DNA of 64,000 bases from Bdellovibrionales bacterium (GCA_965205945.1 CBDBIB010000003.1:192001-256000), one strand, 5' to 3'; positions 51,136 to 62,108 are shown, counted from the stretch's first letter. Program-made: numbers and translations. The notes: generated from the letters alone by a model not told the origin.

Positions 51136-52470
51136 CTACTTTAACTCTAGAAAAGTTTTTTCTATAATTTCTTTAATTTCTTTAATATGTTTATTTTCAA
51201 GTATTGCTGGTAATAAAAAACGTGCTTTATATGGATCTCTTCCACAACCAAAGCACAGAACACCATTATCAAAGAGTTTTTTAACAAATGTGAGCATTTT
51301 ATTTTTCTCGCCATTAAATGGAGTGAAAGCCACCATTAGGCCCATGCCTTCAACATCATTTATAAGATTTTTACATGTAGTCTTGCCCAAATCTTTTAAC
51401 ATATTGGTAAAGCTTTTATGAATAATCTGGATTTTTCCACTAGAACCCATATAGCCCTTATCTAAGGTGTCTAAAATCCTACGTCCTGCGGCTAAAGAAG
51501 TTGTTGACCCTGAAAAAGTTCCTGCAATTAAACCTGGTTTAGGGTTAAACTCTTCGGTATAAAGAGTGGCCCCTGTTTGTAAAGCTTTTGCAATTGATAC
51601 AACATCCACGTAGTCTGCTAAATCAAGGGTTTCAAAAGCAAAAAACTCGCCTGTTCTACAAAAAGTTTGAACCTCATCTAAAAATATTGGGATTCCTTCT
51701 TTTTTACAAATATCAAGTATTGGCACAAAGAATTCTCTTGGTGCCACTTTATAGCCTCCTTCTCCTTGCATGGGTTCAAACATAAAACATGAAATGTCAC
51801 CTCTGTGTTTTTCAACATGAGTTTGAAAAATTTTAAGAGATTTTTTAGAGGACAAAGGATCATTTGAATCGTAAAATGGAACGCGTAAAATTTCGTTATA
51901 CCTTGGAAGCCCTTGTCTATAATTATCATTATCTGTAATTTCTGCCATCATAGTTGTTCTGCCTGCAAAGCAACCTTTCATGGTAATAACCATTCTTGAA
52001 CCATTTTTTTTCTGACGACATATTTTAAGTCCATTCTCATTTGCCATGGAGCCTGAGGGGCAAAGCCAAGCATGTCTTAATTTTGATAAACGAGATCCAA
52101 GATCAACAAGTTTTTCTAAAAGCCTAATATATTCTTCATTCGGTTGTAGGTGGCCTTGCATAACCGTATCAGAAAGTGATGCTTGAACTGTTGATTCTAA
52201 AATATAAGGGTGGGAGTGACCTAAAATATGGATTCCAATTCCATTAATTAAATCAATCTTAATACTCCCATCTTTAAGTTCAACATAAGGTCCTTGCCCT
52301 CTACCTGAGCCAATATAATTAAAGAAAAGAGGTCGCCCTCTGTATTTGCTTAGAGCATCAGCTTTTGATTCTAAGTTTTTAAGATCACTGTTTCTTACTT
52401 TCTGTAAATGAGCACAATCCTTTAAATACATTTTAACTAGACTTTTAACTTGTGTTTTTATTGGCATCAT
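51136..52470 (-). CDS. class III PLP aminotransferase (AstC/ArgD-like)
   Basis: LGHSHP, SGSMANE, FAGRT, EPMQGEGG, DEVQT, SIAK, GTF.G. Confidence 0.88.
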   Translation of the reverse strand: MMPIKTQVKSLVKMYLKDCAHLQKVRNSDLKNLESKADALSKYRGRPLFFNYIGSGRGQGPYVELKDGSIKIDLINGIGIHILGHSHPYILESTVQASLSDTVMQGHLQPNEEYIRLLEKLVDLGSRLSKLRHAWLCPSGSMANENGLKICRQKKNGSRMVITMKGCFAGRTTMMAEITDNDNYRQGLPRYNEILRVPFYDSNDPLSSKKSLKIFQTHVEKHRGDISCFMFEPMQGEGGYKVAPREFFVPILDICKKEGIPIFLDEVQTFCRTGEFFAFETLDLADYVDVVSIAKALQTGATLYTEEFNPKPGLIAGTFSGSTTSLAAGRRILDTLDKGYMGSSGKIQIIHKSFTNMLKDLGKTTCKNLINDVEGMGLMVAFTPFNGEKNKMLTFVKKLFDNGVLCFGCGRDPYKARFLLPAILENKHIKEIKEIIEKTFLELK

Positions 52471-52521
52471 TTTCTCCCATTACTTTTATACCAGTGTTCT
52501 TTTATGTATTATTATTTAAAT

Positions 52522-53250
52522 ATGGCCCTTAAAACTTTTATCACTGTTCTATTTTATTTACTACCTACGGTGGTTTTTACTACGCAAACAGAAAATATTT
52601 CTGCACAAAAAATAGTCGACTCAGTTTCATTATACAATACAGCGCTTAAAAAATTTAATAATAATGAGTTGGGCTTTGCAAAAGGCTATATTGAGCAAAG
52701 TCTTTTTTTTAATCCTTTAAATTCTTTATCTCAAAAGCTTCACTTAAAAATTAAGAAGTCTTTGGCTAAAAATCTGGGTACACAAAGAAGGGAGGAGGTC
52801 TCCTTTCTTACCTATGTCTTTGACATGATTCCCTCATGGTTTTCTTATATTCTCTTAATTGGTGCTGCTTTACTGCTCTTTTATTCTTTAGCAAGGCTTC
52901 ATTTTAATGAGGCCTCTTTTTATAAGAAAAACCCCCAACAAAGCCTTAAAGTTCTTGGTTTTACTGCTCTTTTTTTTCTATCAGCATTACTCCATATAGC
53001 TAAAGAATCTTTTTACCTCACTAAATGGGCCTGCACCACAGCTCCTACAACTTTTTTATTTACAGGTCCTAGTGCTCAAAACTTTGTTCAAACATCATCT
53101 CTTTTAGAGGGAAGTTGTGTTCAAGTTGTTTCAATTCTACCTCAATGGGTTTCCCTTAAGCCCTTAAACCACCCTTCTGGATGGGCAAATTTAAAGGATC
53201 TTATGATTGTGCGTGACTATAAAATTGACCCCTCTTGGAACAAAGACTAG
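52522..53250 (+). CDS. BatE-like TPR/TM/SH3 membrane protein
   Basis: LYN...GFAK.....L..NP TPR, two TMs, GPS...EG..V....W...SGW SH3b pattern. Confidence 0.6.
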   Translation: MALKTFITVLFYLLPTVVFTTQTENISAQKIVDSVSLYNTALKKFNNNELGFAKGYIEQSLFFNPLNSLSQKLHLKIKKSLAKNLGTQRREEVSFLTYVFDMIPSWFSYILLIGAALLLFYSLARLHFNEASFYKKNPQQSLKVLGFTALFFLSALLHIAKESFYLTKWACTTAPTTFLFTGPSAQNFVQTSSLLEGSCVQVVSILPQWVSLKPLNHPSGWANLKDLMIVRDYKIDPSWNKD

Positions 53251-53259
53251 ACTGGCTTA

Positions 53260-53934
53260 GTGATGCTTAGACTATTTTTATGCATTTTATTTATGCCCTT
53301 AATATCTTTTGGAAAGCTTAAAAAAGCCGAGCTTGTATTTAAGCATGCAGAACAGTTATATAAATCTTCTCGTTACGAAGAGGCATTGTTAGAATTTCAA
53401 GATATTGAAAAAGAGTTTCCGTATTCAAGATTTTCAAAAATATCAAAATTAAAAATTGCTGATGTTTATTTTGATATGGCTAACTATGTTCAGGCTCAAT
53501 ATCAATATCAATACTACTTTGATCTTTATCCTAAAAAAGTTAATAGCGATTACGCTCTTTACCGTGTTGGATTAAGTATGTACAAACTTCTTCCAAAAAC
53601 AATTGATCGTGATCTTACCGGGACGGTTAAGATTTTAAAGGCATGGAGAAATCTTTTAGTTAGATTTCCTAATAGTAAATTCACACCAGAGATTTTAAAG
53701 AATCAAAAACAACTTCTTAAAAATCTTGGGAAAAAAGAACTTTATATTGCTGATTTTTATCTTAAACAAAAAAAATATATTAGTGCTCAAAAAAGACTTC
53801 ATAGTTTATTTAAACAGTTTCCGTCTTTTAAAGAAAATAAAAAGGCTCTTAAATCTGCCCTTGCATGTGCTCAAGGGCTTGGCGACGGTCCTGCAGTTAA
53901 AAAATACTTAAACCTTTTGCAAAAAGTAAATTAA
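53260..53934 (+). CDS. bamD: outer membrane protein assembly factor BamD
   Basis: FPYS, LYP....DYALY, IDRDL, FPNS, ELYIADFY. Confidence 0.88.
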   Translation: MMLRLFLCILFMPLISFGKLKKAELVFKHAEQLYKSSRYEEALLEFQDIEKEFPYSRFSKISKLKIADVYFDMANYVQAQYQYQYYFDLYPKKVNSDYALYRVGLSMYKLLPKTIDRDLTGTVKILKAWRNLLVRFPNSKFTPEILKNQKQLLKNLGKKELYIADFYLKQKKYISAQKRLHSLFKQFPSFKENKKALKSALACAQGLGDGPAVKKYLNLLQKVN

Positions 53935-53937
53935 GTT

Positions 53938-54696
53938 GTGCAATTAACTCAAAAACAAACTGCACTTTTAAATTCCGCTAAAAGATATTTTGAAGAGGGT
54001 TTTTATGATAAAGTCTCTCCTCTTTTAAACAGCCTAGTTGTTCAAAGAGTCAATGTTGCTGATGTGTTTCATATGCTTGGAACAATTTACTACGAGCACG
54101 GTCAGTTTAAGGCCTCTATTAATAGCTTTAAGCAAGCATTAAAAATTGATCCGGATTTTACAGATAGTTCAATAGGTTTAAGTGTTGTTCTTAATGATCT
54201 TGGTAAATATGAGCAAGCGAGTCTGGTTTTTAAAGAAGCACAGAATCGGCTTAAGAATCAAAGTGCTAAGAACTCTATAAATAGCTTAACTCAAAAAATT
54301 GCTTTAAAGCACTTAGAGCTTTCTGAGCTTTATAAGAAAAACAAAGATTTACAAAGAGCACTTCAGAATATTATAATGCATGAAGAGTTTGTAGGGGAAA
54401 GCGAAGAAAGCCTTCTTAAAAAAACTTTTATTCTACGTGCTTTAAACAATTTTAAATCTTCAATCCAGCTTTTAAAAGCATGGCTTAAAAAAAATTCATC
54501 CTCTAATAAGATCAATATTCAAATTTATATTAGTCTTGTAGAATCATATTACTTAGATCGACAGCTTCTTTCTGCGTTCTTTGTTTGTGAAAAAGCTTTA
54601 AAAATAGCACCGGATAACTTAAAGCTTTTAAAAATATATGAAAATTTAAAAACAACAAAATTTAACCTTAGACAACCAGAAGGGATGACGCTATGA
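53938..54696 (+). CDS. TPR protein
   Basis: LGTIYYEHGQF..SI.SFKQALKIDP and further TPRs. Confidence 0.85.
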   Translation: MQLTQKQTALLNSAKRYFEEGFYDKVSPLLNSLVVQRVNVADVFHMLGTIYYEHGQFKASINSFKQALKIDPDFTDSSIGLSVVLNDLGKYEQASLVFKEAQNRLKNQSAKNSINSLTQKIALKHLELSELYKKNKDLQRALQNIIMHEEFVGESEESLLKKTFILRALNNFKSSIQLLKAWLKKNSSSNKINIQIYISLVESYYLDRQLLSAFFVCEKALKIAPDNLKLLKIYENLKTTKFNLRQPEGMTL

Positions 54697-55208
54697 AACT
54701 ACATGAGCAGGGGATGGTTCCTTTTTTAACTGCCAATGAGATACAAAAGCTTGTAAGAACTATAGCTCAGGATATTCAAAACAAACATCCTAACGAATAT
54801 CTTTATTTAATCTGCCCTTTAAAAGGTTCTATTATTTTTTTAACTGACCTATCAAGACATCTTAATAGTTCATTAGTAACTATTGATTTTGTTAAGGTGA
54901 AATCTAAGGGCAAGGGTTTTATTATTGAAAAAGATGTTGAGAGTGATTTAAATGCAAGGACTGTTATTATTGTTGAAGAGATTATTGATGCGGGGAAAAG
55001 CCTGTCGTTTTTAAAAAACTATTTGTCATTATCGTATCCAAAATCTGTAGAGATAGCATGTCTTTTAGATAAGCCTGCAAGAAGGGAAATGCCAATTTCA
55101 CCTGATTATACCGGTAAAACCATTGATGACAGATATGTTATTGGTTATGGCCTAGATTCTGATGAAGTGGGCAGAAACTATACTAATATTTATAACTTTC
55201 TTCAATGA
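54693..55208 (+). CDS. hpt: hypoxanthine phosphoribosyltransferase
   Basis: LKGS..F..DL.R, IIVEEIIDAG.SL, LLDKP.RR, YVIGYGLD. Confidence 0.85.
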   Translation: MKLHEQGMVPFLTANEIQKLVRTIAQDIQNKHPNEYLYLICPLKGSIIFLTDLSRHLNSSLVTIDFVKVKSKGKGFIIEKDVESDLNARTVIIVEEIIDAGKSLSFLKNYLSLSYPKSVEIACLLDKPARREMPISPDYTGKTIDDRYVIGYGLDSDEVGRNYTNIYNFLQ

Positions 55209-56110
55209 TTTTTAGCTGCGCAATCAACTTTTTTATTTTCAAATTCTAATGTTGAGTGGTTTATTTTAAACTCATCATTTAAAATAGTTCTTAAAGTTTT
55301 TTTAATCTTTTCTATATCCAGTAAACTATCTGTTTCAACTTGAATATGACCTTCTAAGGATCTTGTTTTTTCATGAATAGCCCAAATATGAAGATGGTGA
55401 ACACCCACCACACCAGAAACAGTTAAAAGCGCTTGTTTCACCTTAGCACTGTCAATATCTTCTGGGACTGCTTGCATTAAGGTTTTTATACAAGATCTTA
55501 TTAATCCCCAAGAGTGCCATACTACATAAATTGCAATAATAATAGTAGCTACAAAATCAACCCAATAAACCTTAAATAACAAAATCAAAGTTCCAGAAAT
55601 AATCACGACTACAGAGGCCATGGCATCACATAAATTGTGAATAAATGCTGCTCGTATATTGATGTTATCTTTAGAGCCCATATATGTAAGCCAAGCAGTA
55701 AACAGGTCCACGATTAACGCAATAAAAGCAACAAGGATGACCATCCAACCGTCTATGGGCTTGGGGTTTAAAAGCCTTTGACTAGCCTCTATTAAAAGAT
55801 ATAGGCCAACAAGAACGAGGGTGACACTGTTTATTAAAGCACCTAGAATTTCTGCCCTTCCGTAACCAAAGGTCATTTCCTTATCCGCAGGGCGCCCTGA
55901 AATTCTTTGAGCTAAATAGGCAATAATTAATGCGCCAGCATCACTAAAATTATGAAGAGCATCTGCGATTAAAGAAATACTTCCTGATAATATTCCACCT
56001 AACACTTGAATAACAGTAAGTAAAATGTTTATAACAATTGCTCCAAAAAGTGCTGAACCATGTTTATTGTGGTTTTGCTCACAGTGTGAATGTTCATGAT
56101 GATGCTTCAT
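55202..56110 (-). CDS. cation diffusion facilitator (ZitB/CzcD-like)
   Basis: His-rich N-terminus, ADALHNFSD, TFGYGRAE, AFIHNLCD, HHLHIW. Confidence 0.93.
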   Translation of the reverse strand: MKHHHEHSHCEQNHNKHGSALFGAIVINILLTVIQVLGGILSGSISLIADALHNFSDAGALIIAYLAQRISGRPADKEMTFGYGRAEILGALINSVTLVLVGLYLLIEASQRLLNPKPIDGWMVILVAFIALIVDLFTAWLTYMGSKDNINIRAAFIHNLCDAMASVVVIISGTLILLFKVYWVDFVATIIIAIYVVWHSWGLIRSCIKTLMQAVPEDIDSAKVKQALLTVSGVVGVHHLHIWAIHEKTRSLEGHIQVETDSLLDIEKIKKTLRTILNDEFKINHSTLEFENKKVDCAAKNH

Positions 56111-56230
56111 GGAAGGAGTCTATCAAATAATATTCAAATTTTAAAGAACCCTTTTTACTAGATTACGATTTTAAAGCTTTAGTGGTTAAACTTAAAGGAT
56201 ATTAGAAAGATTGTTTATATATCTATGTAT

Positions 56231-56643
56231 TTACTCTATGGACTTTTCATTTAAGTTTTTAGTTTTAGAGGCTGACAATACAGGTCTTGAGTATAATCTA
56301 GTGTAAAAGGATTTAAGAGCGTCATTATACACAACTTTTTCGCCAAGGTTATCTAAAAATACTTTTACTTTAAGTGAAGCTTCTAAATAGTCATTAACTC
56401 TGTGTTGTTTGCCTAGACTAAGCTTTTTTTAGAGAAAGGGTTTTATTTAAGTATACGTCTTAAATTTGTTGATTCAAAGAGCGCCATAGTTAAGTACATG
56501 TTTAATCGAATTTGAGTAATAGTAAGGGCTTGATTTTTGTGATTATAGACAACCTGTTCATATTCAGCTAGGTTAGAATAATGAAGAAGACCCTTTTTAA
56601 CCATTTGGATTTGGGTAAGCGCTTGTTTAATCAACTCATACAC
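56231..56643 (-). pseudogene. decayed gene of unknown function
   Basis: Two consecutive open stretches in different frames (56643-56443 and ~56428-56231) separated by stops and a frameshift. Confidence 0.3.
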
Positions 56644-56875
56644 AGAAAGTGCTTTTAAAGGTTTTGTTGTAAAAAATCTAAGATATTTTGAAAAATATTC
56701 AAGACTTTAAGAGGTTTTTTTAGTAATCTATTTTAAAGGGTGAGTATGTTCGTATATTTAAAATCTAATATTTTATACTTTAAAAAAAAACATTTTCTAC
56801 ACTTATATTTAAAAGTATTCTTAACTTTAACAAAGGCACTTGACTAAATAAGCATCTAACTATCTATATAGCGTC

Positions 56876-58738
56876 ATGAATAATAAAACCCCTAATTTTT
56901 CAACATTTTTAATTATAAATATCGTTTCTATTTTAATTTCTTTAGGGGTTATTCTAACAGCATTTAAATATATGCCTAACGTAACAAATTTTATTTCAGG
57001 TTTGTATTTTTTCTTTACTCTAATTAGCTACACTGGACTTATTTGGTTTTTGTTGTCAGTACTTTGTTTAATTGTTTATAAAATTTTTAACACCCTTTTA
57101 GCTCCTTCTTTGCTTATTGTATTTTCAATTATGGTACTTTTTTTAGATATTAAGGTGTATGCTTTATATCGTTATCATTTAAGTCGCGGTCTTCTTGAGT
57201 ATATTCTTTTAGAAGCTTCGGGTGAATTAAAAAGAGTTATTTATACACAGATTGTTCCCATCATTTTTGTTTTTTCATTTTTTGTTCTTATCACTTATTT
57301 TTTATTAAAATTTTTTATTAAAAAACTTAACAAACGTTTAAGGCCTTTGAATTTTCATTTATTTTATGCAGGCTTTCTTTTTTTCTTTTTAATATCCCAG
57401 ATAGCTTATGTATATGTTGATGTAATAAACTACATTCCTATTAAAAAATGGACTAAACATATTCCTTTATATCAACCTCTTACAGCAAGAAGGGCGCTTA
57501 TTAAGTTAGGAGTGATCAATTCATCTCACGTTAGAAACTTTGAAATAAAATTTAATTACAAAGACTCTTCTATAAACTATCCTAAGGAGCTTAAATGTGG
57601 AGAAAATAATGTTAAGCCTAATATTCTTTGGATTTTTATAGATTCTTGGAGATTTAAAGATTACAATAAAAAGACCACTCCAAATATTTATAAATGGGCT
57701 CAGACAAATGGTACACATGCTTTTAAAAATCATTGGAGTGTTGGAAGTGCAACGGCTCCAAGTCTTTTTTCTGTTTTTTATGGAATTCCAGGGTTTCACA
57801 TAAAATCTTTTACCGAATCTGGGGTAGCACCGATATTTATTTCAAAACTTTTAAAAGAAAACTATGAATTACAAATTTCTACAGGGTGGCCTATAGATAG
57901 CACCAGTTTTTCAAGAAATATTTTTAAAGAAGTCCCTAATTTACGAATGAATTTAAAAGAAAAAAAGGCTTGGAAAATTGATGCTTATATGAAAGATGAA
58001 GTCTTTTCTTTTTTACAAAAACGAAACATCAACAAACCCTACTTTTCTTTTATAATTTTTGATTCTGCTCATGACTACTCTGTGCCTGATAATTATGATG
58101 CCCCTTTTAAACCTTATGGTGATCGTATAAACCACTTTTCTTTAGGACCTAATACAGACCCTAAAGAGTACCATAATAGGTATAAAAACTCTGTTTATTA
58201 TATAGATTCTATAATTGGAAAGATTTTAAGCTCCCCACTTATTCAAGACTCTAAAAGACCTTCTGTGATTTTAATTACAAGTGATCATGGGGAAGAGTTT
58301 AATGATCTTAAAAAAAATTTCTGGGGTCACAATAGTAACTTCTCAACGTTTCAACTTAGAGTTCCTATGTTTATTAATTGGAATGGTCATAAATCAAAGT
58401 TTAAAACGGATTTAAAATCAAAGAGTTTAAAAAAAGATTTTAAACACATGACCACACATAATGATATATCCCATACATTCTTAGAAAATGTTTTTAACTG
58501 TTTGCTAAGTCCTCAGCAGTCTGTTGGGTTTAACTTATACTCTTTAAAAAAAAGATTTCCCTTGTTAGTGAGCACATACTCAAGGCATGGAATTCTTACA
58601 GAAGATAAAATCTATTCTTATGAAAGAACTCAAGGGTATGAGGTTTATGATTATAACTACAATGAGCTTAAAGATCAGAATGTGCCAAAACAGATCTTTA
58701 AGAAATATTTGCGTGAGAGTGTAAGATTTTATAATTAA
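56876..58738 (+). CDS. YejM/PbgA-like (DUF3413 plus sulfatase-fold) inner-membrane protein
   Basis: Five N-terminal TMs, D.KVY.LYRYHL, P.YQPLTARR, IDSWR, TSDHGEEF...WGHNSNF. Confidence 0.85.
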   Translation: MNNKTPNFSTFLIINIVSILISLGVILTAFKYMPNVTNFISGLYFFFTLISYTGLIWFLLSVLCLIVYKIFNTLLAPSLLIVFSIMVLFLDIKVYALYRYHLSRGLLEYILLEASGELKRVIYTQIVPIIFVFSFFVLITYFLLKFFIKKLNKRLRPLNFHLFYAGFLFFFLISQIAYVYVDVINYIPIKKWTKHIPLYQPLTARRALIKLGVINSSHVRNFEIKFNYKDSSINYPKELKCGENNVKPNILWIFIDSWRFKDYNKKTTPNIYKWAQTNGTHAFKNHWSVGSATAPSLFSVFYGIPGFHIKSFTESGVAPIFISKLLKENYELQISTGWPIDSTSFSRNIFKEVPNLRMNLKEKKAWKIDAYMKDEVFSFLQKRNINKPYFSFIIFDSAHDYSVPDNYDAPFKPYGDRINHFSLGPNTDPKEYHNRYKNSVYYIDSIIGKILSSPLIQDSKRPSVILITSDHGEEFNDLKKNFWGHNSNFSTFQLRVPMFINWNGHKSKFKTDLKSKSLKKDFKHMTTHNDISHTFLENVFNCLLSPQQSVGFNLYSLKKRFPLLVSTYSRHGILTEDKIYSYERTQGYEVYDYNYNELKDQNVPKQIFKKYLRESVRFYN

Positions 58739-58914
58739 TTTTTACAAAATTTATTATATTCTAAGCAAATTTAAGACTTAGTTTTAGATAAAATCTTATA
58801 AAGCAAGCATATTTTATGGAATACGGACAGTTATTTTTTACCAAATAAAAATCTTTTATACCTATGGTTTTTATCTTATTAGAGCTTGACGACTTATCAA
58901 GCAGTGCTTAAATC

Positions 58915-59202
58915 ATGAGTATGATTAATCAAGAAGTAATAAAAAAAGTAGCCAAACTATCAAGCCTTCTTCTGACTAAAGAGGAAGAAAAAAGAATTTT
59001 TAAAGAGATGTCTAAAATACTAAAGCACTTTAAGGAGCTAGAAAAAGTTGATACAAAAGATGTAGAGCCTTTGTATACACCTGTAGATATGCAGAATGTA
59101 TGGCGTGTTGATGAAATTGCTGTGGAAGAGACTCTAGATTCAATGCTTGACGCTCTTGTTGAAACAATGGAGGGTCAGCTTAAAGTGCCACAGGTGGTGT
59201 AG
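58915..59202 (+). CDS. gatC: Asp/Glu-tRNA amidotransferase subunit C
   Basis: KKVAKLS.L, L..VDT.DVEP, KVPQVV; lies upstream of gatA. Confidence 0.9.
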   Translation: MSMINQEVIKKVAKLSSLLLTKEEEKRIFKEMSKILKHFKELEKVDTKDVEPLYTPVDMQNVWRVDEIAVEETLDSMLDALVETMEGQLKVPQVV

Positions 59203-59203
59203 A

Positions 59204-60688
59204 GTGTTGGATTTTAAATTTACTTGTATTAAGGATTATCATAAGGCCTTAAAAGAGGGCGCTATTACAACAGTTCAAGTTGTTCAAGATTGTTTTAAAA
59301 GAATTAAGGCAACAAAAGATTTAAACAGTTATATAACTTTAAATTTAGATAAGGCTTTTTTAGAGGCAGAAAAAATTGATGTTAAAATTAAAAAAGGTGA
59401 AAAGCTGAGTCTTTTAGACGGAGTGCCTTTTTCTATTAAAGATATGTTTTGCACGAAAAATCTAAAAACTACAGCAGGTTCAAAGATGTTAGCAGATTTT
59501 ATCCCTCCATATGATGCCACAGTTATTAGAAAATTAAAGAATTCTGGGGCTATAATTCTTGGTAAGGTGAATCAAGATGAATTTGCCATGGGCTCGTCTA
59601 ATGAGACTTCATATTTTGGACCAGTGTTAAACCCATGGAATAAAGAGCATGTTTCAGGTGGATCATCAGGCGGATCAGCTGTAAGTGTTGCAGCAAGGAC
59701 AGCACTTTGTTCTTTAGGCACGGATACGGGTGGATCTGTTAGACAGCCTGCACATTTTTGTGGAACAGTGGGTTTTAAACCCACTTATGGCAGAGTAAGT
59801 AGATATGGGGTTGTGGCTTTTGCTTCAAGTTTAGATCAGACAGGGTTTTTTTCATTAAAAGTTGAAGATTCCTTTAAAGCAGCACAAGTGTTGTCAGGAA
59901 AGGATCACTTTGATAACACCACAGCATCAATTAAAGTGCCTGACTGGATTAAAGAGTCTAAAAAATTTAATAGCGATTTAACTGGAAAAAAAATTGGTGT
60001 TGTTAAAGAGTATTTAGAATATGAAATTGATTCGTTTGTTGAAGAAACAAATAAACAAGCTTTAAAAGCTCTTAAAAAAAGAGGAGCCAAAATTGTAGAA
60101 ATCTCCCTTTCTTTGGCTCAATATGGAGTTTCAGCGTACTATTTAATTGCAACAAGTGAGGCTGCAAGCAACCTTTCAAGGTATGATGGTGTTAGATATG
60201 GACATAGATCAAAGGCTGGAGCAAAAGGGAGTCTTTCTTTAAAAGATTTTTATGCACAAAATCGTACGCAAGGTTTTGGAGATGAAGTGAAAGGAAGAAT
60301 CCTGCTTGGGAATTTTTCCTTATCTAGTGGTTACTATGATGCTTATTATAAAAAAGCTTGTCAGATTAGGAGACTGATTAGGCAAGAGTATATAGAAGCA
60401 TTTAAAAAAGTAGATTGTATTCTTACACCAGTTGCAGCTTCAACGGCGTTTAAATTTAAAGAAAATTTTAACGATCCACTTAAGAAATTTTTAAATGATT
60501 ACTTTACAGTGCCTATTAACCTTGCAGGCCTTCCTGGCTTAACAGTACCTATACAAAAAACAAAAAACCAACTTCCTTGTGGAGTGCAACTAATTGCAGA
60601 TCAGTTTAAAGAAAATGAACTTTTTCAAGTCGGTTTAGCATTAGAAGATGAATTTAAATTTTACAACGAGGTGCCGGGTGTTAAGTAA
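59204..60688 (+). CDS. gatA: Asp/Glu-tRNA amidotransferase subunit A
   Basis: DEFAMGSS, GGSSGGS, GTDTGGSVRQPA, SNLSRYDG. Confidence 0.97.
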   Translation: MLDFKFTCIKDYHKALKEGAITTVQVVQDCFKRIKATKDLNSYITLNLDKAFLEAEKIDVKIKKGEKLSLLDGVPFSIKDMFCTKNLKTTAGSKMLADFIPPYDATVIRKLKNSGAIILGKVNQDEFAMGSSNETSYFGPVLNPWNKEHVSGGSSGGSAVSVAARTALCSLGTDTGGSVRQPAHFCGTVGFKPTYGRVSRYGVVAFASSLDQTGFFSLKVEDSFKAAQVLSGKDHFDNTTASIKVPDWIKESKKFNSDLTGKKIGVVKEYLEYEIDSFVEETNKQALKALKKRGAKIVEISLSLAQYGVSAYYLIATSEAASNLSRYDGVRYGHRSKAGAKGSLSLKDFYAQNRTQGFGDEVKGRILLGNFSLSSGYYDAYYKKACQIRRLIRQEYIEAFKKVDCILTPVAASTAFKFKENFNDPLKKFLNDYFTVPINLAGLPGLTVPIQKTKNQLPCGVQLIADQFKENELFQVGLALEDEFKFYNEVPGVK

Positions 60689-62108
60689 ATGGGAGGCGGT
60701 TATAGGTTTAGAGATACATGCTCAGCTTCAAACACAAACAAAAATTTTTGCAGGAGAGGGGAGTTTTTTTAAGAGCGCACCTAATAATAATATTTCAGTA
60801 GTGACATTAGGAATGCCAGGGGCATTGCCAGCTATTAATGAGAATGCCTTAAAGCTTGGTGTAAAGATAGGTTTAGCTCTTGGTTGTGATATTAAAAAAA
60901 AATCAGTTTTTTCAAGAAAACATTATTTTTATCCAGATTTACCAAAAGGATATCAAATCTCACAATTTGATCTGCCTATTTGTGAAAACGGTTTTGTTGA
61001 ATTTGCTTTAAATGGTGAGCTTAAAAAAGTAAGGATTCAACGAGCACACTTAGAAGAAGATGCTGGAAAATCTATTCATAGGGGCGGGTACAGTTTGATC
61101 GATTATAATAGGGCAGGAGTGCCTCTTTTAGAAATCGTAACAAAGCCAGATATAAGATCAGCAGCAGAGGCGGCTGAATATGTAAGAACAATTAGAGGTA
61201 TTGTAAGGTATCTTGATGCCTGTGATGGAGATCTAGAAAAAGGTTCAATGCGTTGTGATTGTAATGTAAGTGTAAGGCTTGCTGGACAAAAACAGCTTGG
61301 CACAAGAACAGAAATTAAAAATGTGAATTCTTTTAGATTTGTAGAAAAAGCAATTGAATATGAAATTTCTAGGCAAATTGCATTATTAGAATCTGGAAAA
61401 AAAATTATTCAAGAAACACGCTTATATGACTCAACTAAAAATAAAACTTTTTTAATGCGAGTAAAAGAAGATGCAATGGATTACAGGTATTTTCCAGACC
61501 CTGATTTGTTGCCAGTAGTATTAACTGATGAATTTATTCAAAATATACGAGACTTTATGCCAGAACTACCAAGAGCGAAAGCACTAAGGTTTCAAAAAGA
61601 CTACAAACTTCCTGAGTACAATGCATTGGTTTTAACAACAGATAAGACTATGGCCGTTTACTTTGAACAAGTAAGTCAAATTTGTCAGAATCCAAAATTA
61701 GCTTCAAACTGGATTATGGGCGAGCTGTTAAAGAATTTAAAAGAGGACAGTCTTGATTTTAAAGACATTAAAGTTAAAGCCACATCTTTAGGTTTGATGA
61801 TTAAGATGATTGATTCTGGTGAAATCTCTGGAAAAATTGCTAAACAAATTTTTCAAGAGATGTGGAAAAATGGAGGTGATCCTAAGATTATCGTGGAAAA
61901 AAAGGGTTTAGCTCAAATTTTAGATCCTGTAGTTATTAAGGCCATGGTAGATAAGGTACTTTTATCAAATTTAAATCAGGTTAAGCAGTATCAAAGTGGT
62001 AAGGTTAATCTTTATGGTTTTTTTGTTGGGCAAGTTATGAAAGAATCTAAAGGACAGGCAAACCCTGAATTGATTAATAAAATTTTAAAAGAAAGGTTAG
62101 CTATTTGA
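60678..62108 (+). CDS. gatB: Asp/Glu-tRNA amidotransferase subunit B
   Basis: IGLEIHAQL, YFYPDLPKGYQISQ, EEDAGK, DYRYFPDPDL. Confidence 0.97.
   Translation: MLSKWEAVIGLEIHAQLQTQTKIFAGEGSFFKSAPNNNISVVTLGMPGALPAINENALKLGVKIGLALGCDIKKKSVFSRKHYFYPDLPKGYQISQFDLPICENGFVEFALNGELKKVRIQRAHLEEDAGKSIHRGGYSLIDYNRAGVPLLEIVTKPDIRSAAEAAEYVRTIRGIVRYLDACDGDLEKGSMRCDCNVSVRLAGQKQLGTRTEIKNVNSFRFVEKAIEYEISRQIALLESGKKIIQETRLYDSTKNKTFLMRVKEDAMDYRYFPDPDLLPVVLTDEFIQNIRDFMPELPRAKALRFQKDYKLPEYNALVLTTDKTMAVYFEQVSQICQNPKLASNWIMGELLKNLKEDSLDFKDIKVKATSLGLMIKMIDSGEISGKIAKQIFQEMWKNGGDPKIIVEKKGLAQILDPVVIKAMVDKVLLSNLNQVKQYQSGKVNLYGFFVGQVMKESKGQANPELINKILKERLAI

Noticed and set aside
53497..53514. CAATAT tandem repeat in bamD
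   Set aside because: Only about three in-frame units (QYQYQY); chance-level.
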